Shown here: in pieces, positions 29,170-39,597 of the stretch | Layout: the number at the start of each line of letters is the position of its first letter | Numbering within the stretch: the first letter of the stretch is position 1 | The notes under the pieces: model-generated | Databases searched by the model: none | Told to the model about the DNA's origin: nothing | What the model saw: the letters and a program-made list of their open reading frames with translations, nothing else | Source: Vulcanimicrobiota bacterium | GTDB lineage: Bacteria > Vulcanimicrobiota > Xenobia > Xenobiales > JADMJV01 | NCBI GenBank assembly: GCA_050250895.1 | Contig: JBFWNU010000002.1 | Location: 535,659 to 599,658 of the forward strand | Reading direction: 5' to 3' | DNA: 64,000 nt | Program-made: the position numbers and the translations under genes

Positions 29170-30197
29170 TCCAGCACGTCACTGGCCCGCAGACGAGGGG
29201 TCGGCGGTCGCTGGACCTGAAGTGGAGGGCGGCCCATGCGCGCGACCACCTGAGGATACCCGCCGGCTCCTAGGAGTTGGACAAGCTTGGGGCGCAACTC
29301 GGGTCGTTGCAGCGGCTGGTTGAGGGTCGATGCCTGCAGGCCGTGACTGACCCCCGTCAGCAGGACGTTCTGCAGGGCTCGGCCGGCCAACAACCATTGC
29401 AGGGGGTTGTCTTCGTCGGTGAAAATGACGAACAGCAGAGCAGAGCCCCAGATGAGCTCTCGATCCTGTTCGGCATGGCCTGCTCCCAGGTCGAAGTGGC
29501 GCTCCAGGCCGGGAGAGAGCAGTGAAAACAGATTGCCTAGCCCGCGGCTATAGCCGGGGACGCCGGTGCCCTGGCGAGAGTAGTTCGTGCGCATCCACTC
29601 GGCGAACTCGTGACGATAGGCCGGGTCGGCTTCGAGTTCTCGATCGGCCTCTTCCACCAACTCGATCAACTCGACCCGATCGACGTCGTCGACCATCACC
29701 AGTCGGGCCCCCTCCTGGCTGGCCGCTCGACCCAGGTCGCGCAAGACTTCACGGCCCACCGGGTCCTCGTCGAAAGGCAGATAGCAGGTGTGTCGTTTCG
29801 GGATGCAATCGAAGAGCCGGTGCTCCTGACGCGAAGCGTGGGAAGGCACCGCCAGCGACACTCGGGCCAGTAGATCCGAGTCCGGGCCTTCGGGAAACTG
29901 CTCGACCAGGGTTCCCCAGCCGTAGTGATGCAGGGCGATCAAGAGGTTGCACAGGGCCGCCCCACAGGCTATCACCAGGTCTCGGTCCTGGGGATCGATG
30001 ACCGGTAGGGCGCGCCGCCGATCGGCGTAGAGTTCCACCGAGCCGTCCTCGAGGTGAAAGCGCCAGGGCTGGGTGTTGTGGGTAGAGGGCGCCAGAACAG
30101 CGTAGTTGAGCGCGAACTGAAGCCGCTCTTGGTGGCTGCCGTTGATGGGATAGTCGCTGGCTCGAATGTGCCAGGCTTTCAAGTTCGTCTGTGTCAT
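29166..30197 (-). CDS. Acg-family FMN-binding nitroreductase
   Basis: APSTHNTQPWRF and C-terminal TPRL. Confidence 0.9.
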   Translation of the reverse strand: MTQTNLKAWHIRASDYPINGSHQERLQFALNYAVLAPSTHNTQPWRFHLEDGSVELYADRRRALPVIDPQDRDLVIACGAALCNLLIALHHYGWGTLVEQFPEGPDSDLLARVSLAVPSHASRQEHRLFDCIPKRHTCYLPFDEDPVGREVLRDLGRAASQEGARLVMVDDVDRVELIELVEEADRELEADPAYRHEFAEWMRTNYSRQGTGVPGYSRGLGNLFSLLSPGLERHFDLGAGHAEQDRELIWGSALLFVIFTDEDNPLQWLLAGRALQNVLLTGVSHGLQASTLNQPLQRPELRPKLVQLLGAGGYPQVVARMGRPPLQVQRPPTPRLRASDVLE

Positions 30198-30302
30198 CGC
30201 TCTCAGTCTAGCAGTGGCCCGGGCGGGTGACGATGATCGGGATCATCTGGGCAGATGACCCAGGTCATCGTCCGAATTCTTGCTAGAGGCTATGCTACGG
30301 GT

Positions 30303-32099
30303 ATGACAGGGGCCAAGAAGAATATGGGCTGGTGGTATCTGGCGCTCGGGTTGCTCTTGCTCTGGGTGTGGCAGGGTGCTTTGTTGGAGCGGACCATCCA
30401 GACCTTGACCTATAGTCAGTTCAAAGAGCATGTCCGCCAGAGCCAGGTGCTCGAATGCGAGATTCAGAGCGACCAGATCGTGGGCAAGCTCAAGCCCGAG
30501 AAGCCCGATGACCATCCCACCCTGTTTCGCACCATCCGGGTCGAGGATCCCAACCTGGTGGCCGACCTCGAGAAAACCGGCACCCGGTTTGTGGGCACCA
30601 GGCCGGACGTGTTCGTCACCTTCTTCCTGACCTGGGTCTTGCCGCTCCTGCTGCTGGTGGGGCTGTGGAGCTTTCTGGGCCGCATGGCTTCGCCCGGCAG
30701 CGCCCTGGTAGGAATGGGCAAGAGTCGAGCCCGGGTGGTGGCAGACCGAGCTACCGGCGTGACTTTTGCCGATGTGGCCGGCTGCGAAGAGGCCAAGTCT
30801 GAATTGAGCGAGGTGGTCGACTTCTTGCAGCATCCCGACCGCTACCGTCGCCTGGGGGCGCATATTCCCAAAGGGGTCCTGCTGCTCGGCCCGCCCGGAA
30901 CCGGCAAGACTTTGTTGGCCCGGGCCGTGGCTGGAGAAGCGCGGGTCCCCTTTTATTCGCTCTCGGGCAGCGAGTTCGTCGAGATGTTCGTAGGCGTCGG
31001 CGCCTCGCGCGTGCGCGACCTGTTCGAACAGGCCAAGGCCAATGCGCCCTGTATCGTCTTCATCGACGAACTCGATGCGGTCGGGCGCGAACGCAGCGTG
31101 CGCATCGGGTCGGTCAACGACGAGCGCGAACAGACCCTCAATCAGCTGCTGGTCGAAATGGACGGGTTTGCCCCCAACGCAGGAGTCATCTTGCTGGCCG
31201 CGACCAACCGGCCCGAGGTGCTCGACCGAGCCTTGTTGCGGCCCGGACGGTTCGACCGGCGCGTGGTGCTCGACGCGCCCGACCTGGAGGGTCGGCTGGC
31301 CATCCTTCAGGTCCACTCCCGAGGCAAACCGCTTTCTAAAGAGGTTGATCTTCGCCAACTGGCGCGCTCTACTCCCGGCTTTTCGGGGGCTGACCTGGCC
31401 AATGCCATGAATGAAGCCGCCCTGATCGCGGCCCGCCAGCGCTGTACCGCCATCGAGCAAGCTCATCTGGAGGAGGCGGTCGAGAAGACGGTGGCCGGAC
31501 CCGAGCGAAAGTCTCGTCGCCTTTCTGAAAGCGAGAAAGAGCGGGTGGCCTATCACGAATCGGGCCACGCCCTGGTCGCCTTGCACTGCCCCCACGCCGA
31601 CCCGGTGCACAAGGTCAGCATCGTGCCGCGAGGCCTGAGCGCTCTCGGCTACACCTTGCAACTGCCCCGCGAAGATTCCTACCTGACCACCCGCTGCGAG
31701 CTGGTCGAACGCTTACGGGTTTTGCTGGCGGGACGAGCGGCCGAGGAGCTCGTCTTTGGCGAGGTCAGCACCGGCGCCGAGAACGACCTCGAGCGGGCCA
31801 CGGCGCTGGCTCGCCAGATGGTGTGTCTGTTCGGCATGAGCGATACGCTCGGCCCGGGCCAATGCGCCCGTCGCGACTCGGCTTTTCTCAATCCTGATGG
31901 CACGTTGGCTCGGGATTGTAGCGAGGCTACCGCTGCCCTGGTCGACCTCGAGGTGAAGTCCTGGTTGGTCGAAGCCAGTCGCGAGGCCCGTCATCTGCTC
32001 GAGCAGCATCGGGAGCTGCTCGACAAGCTGGCCGTTCGCCTGTTGGAAGTCGAGTCCATCGAGCAAGACGAATTGGCCGAGATTCTGCGCCAAACCTGA
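30303..32099 (+). CDS. ftsH: ATP-dependent zinc metalloprotease FtsH
   Basis: Two TMs, [17 protein letters not shown] and HESGH. Confidence 0.95.
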   Translation: MTGAKKNMGWWYLALGLLLLWVWQGALLERTIQTLTYSQFKEHVRQSQVLECEIQSDQIVGKLKPEKPDDHPTLFRTIRVEDPNLVADLEKTGTRFVGTRPDVFVTFFLTWVLPLLLLVGLWSFLGRMASPGSALVGMGKSRARVVADRATGVTFADVAGCEEAKSELSEVVDFLQHPDRYRRLGAHIPKGVLLLGPPGTGKTLLARAVAGEARVPFYSLSGSEFVEMFVGVGASRVRDLFEQAKANAPCIVFIDELDAVGRERSVRIGSVNDEREQTLNQLLVEMDGFAPNAGVILLAATNRPEVLDRALLRPGRFDRRVVLDAPDLEGRLAILQVHSRGKPLSKEVDLRQLARSTPGFSGADLANAMNEAALIAARQRCTAIEQAHLEEAVEKTVAGPERKSRRLSESEKERVAYHESGHALVALHCPHADPVHKVSIVPRGLSALGYTLQLPREDSYLTTRCELVERLRVLLAGRAAEELVFGEVSTGAENDLERATALARQMVCLFGMSDTLGPGQCARRDSAFLNPDGTLARDCSEATAALVDLEVKSWLVEASREARHLLEQHRELLDKLAVRLLEVESIEQDELAEILRQT

Positions 32100-32329
32100 C
32101 CGGGATCAGTGCGATCTGCAGTCCTGGTGGATAGGCTGGAAGCGAGCAGGTGAGATTCGTGCCCGACCGTTACACCTGCTTCAATCGCTCGACCGGCGTC
32201 TCGGCGAACTCGAGTCGCGTGTGGTCGAGCTATCGGACTGGAGAGAATCGCACTTGCCTGCCCTGCGCTGATCAGGATCATCGCTTCAGGGGCGGCACGG
32301 GACCTAGAATGGAGACACGGAGGTATGCC

Positions 32330-32752
32330 ATGAGCTGTGAACATATGCACAACGAACATGAAATCTGGAACCAGGAGCACGATCGGTGGAACGCCGAGCT
32401 TTATCAATGGCGAAATGAGTCCGAGCGGGCGACCAGTTGCCTCAAAGAACTGATCGCGCGGATGGAGTCTCGAGCCCGCACTCTTGAGCTGCACGCTATC
32501 GCCATCGACACGCTGGTGCAGAAGATTGCAGTCCACGAGAACTCGATGGCCTGTGATTGCGGTGAGGGCGTGATGATGCTCGATGTCCACGAAGGGGTGC
32601 GCCAGGAGCATGCCCGCCAGGGCGAGCTTCACGGCGAGCTAGGCCGACGCCATCAACGGCTGATGGCCTGCTTGACCGAGCTGGAAGAGATTTTGGGCCC
32701 AGCTGGCGAACCGGTTATGCACTGTTGTGCCAAAACTGTTGGACTGCATTAA
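32330..32752 (+). CDS. His/Cys-rich coiled-coil hypothetical protein
   Basis: RBS GGAGG. The upstream box and -10 support ATG 32330. Confidence 0.75.
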   Translation: MSCEHMHNEHEIWNQEHDRWNAELYQWRNESERATSCLKELIARMESRARTLELHAIAIDTLVQKIAVHENSMACDCGEGVMMLDVHEGVRQEHARQGELHGELGRRHQRLMACLTELEEILGPAGEPVMHCCAKTVGLH

Positions 32753-32755
32753 CTA

Positions 32756-34870
32756 GTGGACCCAGATAGGCTCATCGACTATCTGGTCGACCATCACCTG
32801 GTCACTCGGACCGAGGTGGCCGTGCTGGCGGGCACCGATGCTCAGCGCGGCAAGCCGATCGAACGGGTGCTGGTCGACGAACGGCTGGTCGATGAGGAGC
32901 AGATGCTCGAGGCCATGGCCGCGGTCTATGGCCTTTCTTTGGTGAACCTGGGCCCCGACAATCTCGATCCCGAGATGGCCAGCCAGATTCCCCGAGCCCT
33001 GCTCGAGAGTTTTTGTGTCTATCCGCTCCAGCGTGAGGAAGGCTCGAGCACGCTTCTCTTAGCTACCACCGATCCTTTCGACATCACGGTAGAAGACACG
33101 TTCCGTTACATCACGGGCCTGCAGATACGCCCCGTATTGGCGCGTCGCCACGAGATCGAAGGGGCTATTTCGGGCGAACTCCTCGGCCGCGAAGGCTTTC
33201 ATCTGCTGGTCGAACAGATTCCCGCCGATTACACCCTCGAGCGGCTCCAATCGATGCTCACTCGCGAGGAGGACTACTCCTCCGAGTCGGCTACTCCCAT
33301 CATTATCCTGGTCAGCGCCATGCTGGGCGAGGCAGTGCGGATGAAGGCCTCGGACATCCACATCGAGCCTCAGGAAACCTACCTGAGGATCCGCTACCGC
33401 ATTGACGGCATCCTGCGCACTATCGTCGAGTTACCCAAGCGGGTCGAAAAGGCCTGTGTTTCCCGAGTGAAGATCATCTCGGGACTCGATATCAGCGAAT
33501 CGAGAAGGCCTCAGGACGGTCGCACCAGCTTGCGGGTGGGCACCAGCCAGGTGGACATGCGGGTGAGCGTGATCCCTACCTTTTTTGGAGAGAAGGTGGT
33601 CTTGCGCATTCTCGACCGCAGCGCCGTCTTGCTCGAACTCGAACAGCTCGGGCTCAGCTCACAGGACTACCAAACCCTGCACGGTTTTTTGCAGTCGAGC
33701 CATGGCATGATTTTGAACACCGGTCCCACCGGCTCGGGCAAGACTTCGACCCTCTACGCAGCTCTTCGCATCCTCAACACGATCGATGTCAACATCATGA
33801 CCGTCGAGGATCCGGTCGAGTATCAGGTGGCTGGAATCAGCCAGGTGCAGGTCCATCCCAAGGCGGGCGTAACCTTCGCTTCGGCTCTGCGCTCGTTTTT
33901 GCGTCAGGACCCGGACATCATCATGGTCGGAGAGATCCGCGACCTGGAGACCGCCGAGATCGCCGTTCAAGCCGCCCAGACCGGGCATCTCGTGTTTTCG
34001 ACTCTCCACACCAACGACTCTCCCACGACGCTCACTCGCCTGATTCTCATGGGACTCGAGCCGCACATGGTCGCTGGCTCGTTGTTGTGCGTGGTGGCCC
34101 AACGCCTGGTTCGGCGGCTTTGTCGCCATTGTCGCCAGGCCACTGAGCTTAGCGAGGATCAGGCCAGACTGCTGGGTCTGTCCTACGAACAGGTGGTGCC
34201 GAAAAGGCTGTTCAAAGCAGTGGGATGCGAACACTGCGATCAGCGTGGCTATCGTGGTCGGCTGGGTTTGTTCGAGTTGTTGCCGGTAACGGCCGCCGTG
34301 CGCCAGCAAATGCTCGAGGATCCCTCCGAGGAGTTGCTCTGGAGGGTGGCCCGCAGCGAAGGGATGCGCACTCTGCTCGAGGATGGCATCGTCAAGGTCG
34401 AGGCGGGTGACACCAGTCTCGATGAACTGTTGCGTGTGGTGACGGTGCGCCGGGCTCGCAATCTTGAAGGCGCCGCCCCGGCTTTGCTCACGTCGGCCCA
34501 ATGCGTGGCCGATGTCATGACCACAGAGGTGGTGTCGATCGACTCCGATACGGCCCTGCCCGAGATCGTCGAGCGTTTTCTTGAGCATAACATCAGCGGG
34601 GCTCCGGTGATCGATAGCCAGGGCAGCGTGGTCGGCGTGGTATCATTCAACGACCTGGCCGTCTACAGTCTGGCTCCGCCGGTCCTGGGGGGGCTGCATC
34701 TCAAAGCCGAAGACGTCATGAGCCGCACCACCATCAAGTTGAGCCCTCACGACTCTCTCGACAAGGCGGCCCAGTCCTTTCAGCGGCACAAGGTGCACCG
34801 GCTACTGGTCGAAGAGCGGGGCGCGCTCGTGGGCGTGGTCACGCCCCTCGATCTGCTTTCGGCGAAATGA
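32756..34870 (+). CDS. GspE/PilB-family ATPase fused to a C-terminal CBS pair
   Basis: ASDIHIEP, GPTGSGKT, LRQDPD, STLHTND and tetra-Cys; CBS pair DVMT...GAPVID / DVMS...HRLLV. Confidence 0.92.
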   Translation: MDPDRLIDYLVDHHLVTRTEVAVLAGTDAQRGKPIERVLVDERLVDEEQMLEAMAAVYGLSLVNLGPDNLDPEMASQIPRALLESFCVYPLQREEGSSTLLLATTDPFDITVEDTFRYITGLQIRPVLARRHEIEGAISGELLGREGFHLLVEQIPADYTLERLQSMLTREEDYSSESATPIIILVSAMLGEAVRMKASDIHIEPQETYLRIRYRIDGILRTIVELPKRVEKACVSRVKIISGLDISESRRPQDGRTSLRVGTSQVDMRVSVIPTFFGEKVVLRILDRSAVLLELEQLGLSSQDYQTLHGFLQSSHGMILNTGPTGSGKTSTLYAALRILNTIDVNIMTVEDPVEYQVAGISQVQVHPKAGVTFASALRSFLRQDPDIIMVGEIRDLETAEIAVQAAQTGHLVFSTLHTNDSPTTLTRLILMGLEPHMVAGSLLCVVAQRLVRRLCRHCRQATELSEDQARLLGLSYEQVVPKRLFKAVGCEHCDQRGYRGRLGLFELLPVTAAVRQQMLEDPSEELLWRVARSEGMRTLLEDGIVKVEAGDTSLDELLRVVTVRRARNLEGAAPALLTSAQCVADVMTTEVVSIDSDTALPEIVERFLEHNISGAPVIDSQGSVVGVVSFNDLAVYSLAPPVLGGLHLKAEDVMSRTTIKLSPHDSLDKAAQSFQRHKVHRLLVEERGALVGVVTPLDLLSAK

Positions 34871-34928
34871 TCCCGGTCATCGCGAGACTCTGGGGCTTGT
34901 TCTAAGTTGTACCTAAGAGGAGGTGCTT

Positions 34929-36449
34929 ATGATCACGACCTGCCAAAGTTTGAACATCGACCGTCTTCAGGTTCCCGAAGCCACAGGGCCCCTTGAAGTG
35001 GTCGAGACTCACATCTCCTGGGTGGTGCTGACCGGCGACTATGCTTACAAGCTCAAAAAGCCCCTGGCCCTGGGCTTTCTCGATTTCTCTAGCCTCGATA
35101 AGCGCCTGTTCTTCTGCCAGGAAGAGCTGCGTTTGAATTCTCGCCTGGCTCCTCACATCTATCTGGACGTGGTGCCGGTCACCGGCACCCCCGACCAGCC
35201 CGTGTTGGAGGGCGAAGGTCCGGTCATCGACTATGCCGTCAAGATGCGGCAATTCGAGCAGAGCGGGCTGCTCGATCGCGAGATCGCCGAGGATCGGGTC
35301 ACGCCTGAGCAGATCGACGCCATCGCAGAGATCGCCGCCGACTTCCATGCCCGCATCGCCCGGGCGGGTCCTCAAAGCGAGCACGGCTTGCCTGAGAACA
35401 TCCAGGCTCCGGCCATCGAGAATTTCGACGAGACCCTGGAGTTGATCGGCGACCATCCGGCCCGAGCGCGTTTGGAGGCCCTCCGGGGTTGGACCGAAGA
35501 GACCTTCGCTCGCCTTCGCCCGTTGATGGCGCAGCGCCACGACGAGGGCTTTGTGCGCGAGTGCCACGGCGACATGCATCTGGGCAATATGGTGCACCTG
35601 GGTGGTGGCCAGTTGCTGATCTTCGACGGCATCGAGTTCAACGACAACTTGCGCTGGATCGATGTGCTCAACGAGATAGCCTTTCTCTTTATGGATCTCG
35701 AGCATCGGGGCCGTCCCGACTTCGCCTGGCGCGCTCTCAATCGCTACCTCGAGGTTACCGGCGACTATCAGGCAATGCCTTTACTCGACTACTATCTGGT
35801 CTATCGGGTGATGGTCCGAGCCAAGGTGGCGGCCATTCGCCTGGCGCAGTCCCACGACCCCGCCCTCGAAGAAGAGTTGCTGGCCTTTCTAGCTCAGGCT
35901 GAGCGCTATGCCGCCAGCCACCAACCGCGCTTGATGCTGACCCACGGACTGTCGGGCTCAGGCAAGACTTACTTCAGTCAGCTGGTGCTCGAACGGCTCG
36001 GTGCCGTCCGTCTGCGCTCGGATCTCGAACGCAAACGCCTGCACGGTCTGGCGGCTGACCAGAGTTCGGGCTCTGGGGTCAACCAGGGCATCTACACCCG
36101 CGAGGCATCCAAGCGCACCTATGACCACCTGGTGGCTCAGGCCAAAACCATGCTGGCGGCCCATCATCACGTGCTCGTCGATGCCGCTTTCTTGCACGCT
36201 TCCCAGCGCGAGCAGTTTCGACGCCTGGCCGAAGAAGTGGGGGCCGAGTTCACGATACTCGACCTTCAGACCGCGCCGGAGGTGTGTCGTCGACGCCTGG
36301 AACAGCGCCAGGGCGATGCCTCGGAGGCGGACCTGGCTGTGCTCGAGAATCAGCTGTCCGGCGAGCATCGACTCGACCCCGACGAGCAGGGTCAGGTCGT
36401 GGCCGTGGGCGACGACCTGGAACAGGCTCTGGCTCGGATGTTGGACTAG
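34929..36449 (+). CDS. Bifunctional phosphotransferase/P-loop kinase (Rv2004c-like)
   Basis: ETHISWV, ECHGDMHLGN, FDGIEFN and GLSGSGKT. Confidence 0.92.
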   Translation: MITTCQSLNIDRLQVPEATGPLEVVETHISWVVLTGDYAYKLKKPLALGFLDFSSLDKRLFFCQEELRLNSRLAPHIYLDVVPVTGTPDQPVLEGEGPVIDYAVKMRQFEQSGLLDREIAEDRVTPEQIDAIAEIAADFHARIARAGPQSEHGLPENIQAPAIENFDETLELIGDHPARARLEALRGWTEETFARLRPLMAQRHDEGFVRECHGDMHLGNMVHLGGGQLLIFDGIEFNDNLRWIDVLNEIAFLFMDLEHRGRPDFAWRALNRYLEVTGDYQAMPLLDYYLVYRVMVRAKVAAIRLAQSHDPALEEELLAFLAQAERYAASHQPRLMLTHGLSGSGKTYFSQLVLERLGAVRLRSDLERKRLHGLAADQSSGSGVNQGIYTREASKRTYDHLVAQAKTMLAAHHHVLVDAAFLHASQREQFRRLAEEVGAEFTILDLQTAPEVCRRRLEQRQGDASEADLAVLENQLSGEHRLDPDEQGQVVAVGDDLEQALARMLD

Positions 36450-37291
36450 CTGGCAGGGACCAGTAGCACCGGGCAGAGCGAGCCCCGGACTACATTCTCG
36501 GCCACGCTGCCCCACCAGGCTCGGGCTAGCCCGCTGCGCTGGTGGGTGGCCATGACTACCAGGTCGATGGCCTGGTGCTGGGCCAGGTGGAGGATGCCAC
36601 GAGGAATCGAGCCGGACCAGGTCAGGGTCTCGCTGGGAATGTCCTCGGGAGTGGTCGCTCGGATGTGGGCGAGGTATTCGCGAGCCTCGGATTCTTCGCG
36701 CTGGCGCTCAGGGTGGTCGGGCTCGAGGTCGCCGTAGGTGACCCGACAAAAGACGACCGAGGCGCCCGTGAGACGGGCCATCTGATAGGCGGTGGGTAAG
36801 GCCCTGGCGGCCAGGCTGGTCCCATCCAGGGGAACCAGGATGCGTTTGACCTGGGCCAGGCGCACCGGTTGAGAGCGCAACACCAGCACCGGCAGGTCGG
36901 CTCGTCGCACCACCTCCTCGGTGGTACTGCCCAAAAGCAAACGTTCGAAGCCCGAACGGCCGTGGCTGGTCATCAGCAAAAGATCGACCTGATCCGATTG
37001 GGCGGCCAGTTCCAGGGCAACCGAGCCCTCCCTGGCCATCACCTCGACCTGGCACCCGGCCTGACGCAACTGGTCGGCCTGCCGGTCGAGATACTCCTCC
37101 ACTTCACGCCGGTCGTCGGCAGTGGGAGTAAACCGCAACAGGTCTTTATCCTGGGCGATGCTGACCACCGTGGGCAGGACCCGCACCAACACGATTTTGC
37201 CGTTTTGCAGGCGGGCTAGATCGAGAGCGGGGCGCAACGCCCGTTCGGCAAGCAACGACCCATCCAGGGCCACCATCACTGTATAACTCAT
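36446..37291 (-). CDS. Tandem universal stress protein
   Basis: Two USP domains; paralog of 25559-26422. Confidence 0.93.
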   Translation of the reverse strand: MSYTVMVALDGSLLAERALRPALDLARLQNGKIVLVRVLPTVVSIAQDKDLLRFTPTADDRREVEEYLDRQADQLRQAGCQVEVMAREGSVALELAAQSDQVDLLLMTSHGRSGFERLLLGSTTEEVVRRADLPVLVLRSQPVRLAQVKRILVPLDGTSLAARALPTAYQMARLTGASVVFCRVTYGDLEPDHPERQREESEAREYLAHIRATTPEDIPSETLTWSGSIPRGILHLAQHQAIDLVVMATHQRSGLARAWWGSVAENVVRGSLCPVLLVPAS

Positions 37292-37425
37292 AACCTGAGC
37301 TTAGCCGTGCACCGGCTGCCTGGGTATGACCTGGGTCAGTCAATACTGCTCTAACACGACGCAAGTGTGGCTCCTATCGGCCGATTCTAAGATAGGATGT
37401 GAATCGAACCAAAGGAGATTAGCCA

Positions 37426-39588
37426 GTGCAGATTCGAGCGCACCCCTACGTTGCCGTGCGCAACGGCGTATTCTTTCCCGGCTCCGGAACCGTCTTGACG
37501 GTCGGACGCCCGGCCTCGATGGCGGCCGTAGAAGCAGCCGCCCAGAGCGCCGACAAGCTGTTGGTCTTGCTCACCCAACGCCGTCCCGAGATCGACGAAC
37601 CGAGCCTGGATGACCTGCATGAGGTGGGCGTGCGAGCCGTCGTTCATCGGGTCGAACGGCTTGACGGCACCATCGAGTTGGTGGTTGAAGGGCGTGACCG
37701 CGTTCGCTTGCGAGACCTCGGACAGCAGCCCTTTCCGGTGGCGCAGGTGGAACTGCTGGCGGCCCAGTCGGGCGCAAGCGAGACCGAAGAAGAGCTTCAC
37801 GAGGAATTGATCGAGCAGTCCGGCCGTCTTTTTGAACTGGCCGGCGAGGCCGGTCACACCGCCGCCCGGTTGGCCTCGAGGATGACCAACCCCGGGGAAC
37901 TGGTCAGCTTTCTGGCCAGCGCCTTGACCCTTTCCACCGACGAGGGAATGGCCGTGTTGGGAGCCGAGCGGTTGGAGGATGCCCAGCGCTTGACCCTGGA
38001 GTATCTCTTCGACCGCATCGAGTTGCTCGAGAACGGTGGCGAGGTGCCGGTGGGCAGGCTCGACTGGAACGACGACGAGGTCGATGTCGAGGTCGACCGA
38101 TCGATTGCCGTGGCGCTATTGAGGGACCGGCTGGCCGAGTGCCAGGCCCCCGAGGATGTGGCAGCGGCCGTCCATCAAGAGATCGATAAACTCGAGCGAT
38201 TCGAGCCCGAGTCGGTGGAGTATCAGAACGTGCTCACCGGCCTCGAGCTCTTTCTCGAATTGCCCTGGACCAAAGCCACCACCGACTGTACCGACCTCGA
38301 AGCGGTGCGCCAGCACCTCGACCAACAGGTCGACGGGTTGGATGGGGTCAAGGCCAGGTTGTTGGATCGCCTGGCTCTTCCCGGTTCAAAGCTGCTCTGT
38401 TTTTGCGGGCCCCCCGGCACCGGCAAGCAGACCCTGGCCCTGGCCCTGGCCGAAGCTCTGGGCCGAGAGTTCGATCAGCTCGATTTAAGCGGAGTTGATT
38501 GCGAGAGCTGGCTCTGCGGCACTCCCTGGAACGCCCCCGGAGCCAGCCTCGGTCAACTTTACCAGGCCCTGCGACGGGCGCGCACCCTCAATCCCGTGCT
38601 GGTCTTTCAGGCCGACCGCCTGGACGAAACCACCGCTCGCTGCCTGCTGGCCCTGGGAGAGCGCTGTCGGGATCGCTACCTGGGATTGCCCTTCGACCTG
38701 TCGGGCGTGATGCCGGTGGTGCTGACCCACTCGGTCGAGGAGTTGCCCGTCAGCCTGCGCTCGAAGCTCGAGCTGATCGAGTTGCCTGGCTATCCCCGCC
38801 AGGCGAAGATCGAACTGGCGCTGGGCCGTCTGTTGCCTGAGGATGTCCTTCTGCCAGAGCAGCTGATCGGTGACCTGATCGACGGCTACACCAACGAAGC
38901 CGGAGTCGAACAACTAGCTGGTCTCTTGCACCGGATAGCGGCCCGGTCCAAGCGATTGAAACAAACCCCCGATGGCGCCCTCCTCGCGCAATGGCTCGGG
39001 CCGGCCGCTCACCGCCTGCCGCTGGCTGGAGTGGGTCTGGCCCAGTCAGCCATAGCCACCAGCCAGGGAGTTTCGCTGGTGCCCTTCGAGGCGCTGCAAC
39101 TGCCCCACCAGGACGACTTGCTCTTGACCGGCTCCCCGGCTTTGCATGAAGTCGCCCTCATGGCTCGCAGCTTGCTGATGGCGCGTGGGCTAGCTCAGGG
39201 CGGCTTCCATCTCCACCTTCCCGAGATCGTGGCGAGCGACCGGGCTGCCGCCGGCCTGGCGGTACTGGCGTCCGTCGCTTCGGCAGCCAGCGGTCTCGAG
39301 CTACCGGCCGAGGTCGGCCTGATTGGTTGCTTGAGCCTGACCGGGCAGTTGCGAGCCGTTTCGACTCTGGCCGACAGGCTGCTGGCCGCCCAGCGGGCCG
39401 GCCTTCGACAACTGATCCTGCCGGCCGCCAACGCCAAGGAGCTGGCCCTTTTGCCAGAATCCGTTCGCGGGGGCCTCGAGTTGCGACTGGTCGAGACCAT
39501 CGATGATGCTCTGACGGCCGCGCTGCCACAGCTGCTTCCCCATCTAAACTTGATCCGCGTCATCTCGCCCAGGCCTCGGGCAAGCTAG
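37426..39588 (+). CDS. Degenerate Lon protease-like protein
   Basis: Lon N-domain, GPPGTGK and S16-like C-domain, but Walker B and the Ser-Lys dyad are absent. Confidence 0.82.
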   Translation: MQIRAHPYVAVRNGVFFPGSGTVLTVGRPASMAAVEAAAQSADKLLVLLTQRRPEIDEPSLDDLHEVGVRAVVHRVERLDGTIELVVEGRDRVRLRDLGQQPFPVAQVELLAAQSGASETEEELHEELIEQSGRLFELAGEAGHTAARLASRMTNPGELVSFLASALTLSTDEGMAVLGAERLEDAQRLTLEYLFDRIELLENGGEVPVGRLDWNDDEVDVEVDRSIAVALLRDRLAECQAPEDVAAAVHQEIDKLERFEPESVEYQNVLTGLELFLELPWTKATTDCTDLEAVRQHLDQQVDGLDGVKARLLDRLALPGSKLLCFCGPPGTGKQTLALALAEALGREFDQLDLSGVDCESWLCGTPWNAPGASLGQLYQALRRARTLNPVLVFQADRLDETTARCLLALGERCRDRYLGLPFDLSGVMPVVLTHSVEELPVSLRSKLELIELPGYPRQAKIELALGRLLPEDVLLPEQLIGDLIDGYTNEAGVEQLAGLLHRIAARSKRLKQTPDGALLAQWLGPAAHRLPLAGVGLAQSAIATSQGVSLVPFEALQLPHQDDLLLTGSPALHEVALMARSLLMARGLAQGGFHLHLPEIVASDRAAAGLAVLASVASAASGLELPAEVGLIGCLSLTGQLRAVSTLADRLLAAQRAGLRQLILPAANAKELALLPESVRGGLELRLVETIDDALTAALPQLLPHLNLIRVISPRPRAS

Positions 39589-39597
39589 ACTAAGGAC

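Noticed and set aside
30243-31661. Long antisense or alternate-frame ORFs (e.g. 472 aa opposite ftsH, 494 aa at 51899, 433 aa at 62476)
   Set aside because: Shadow ORFs expected in high-GC DNA, with no motifs.
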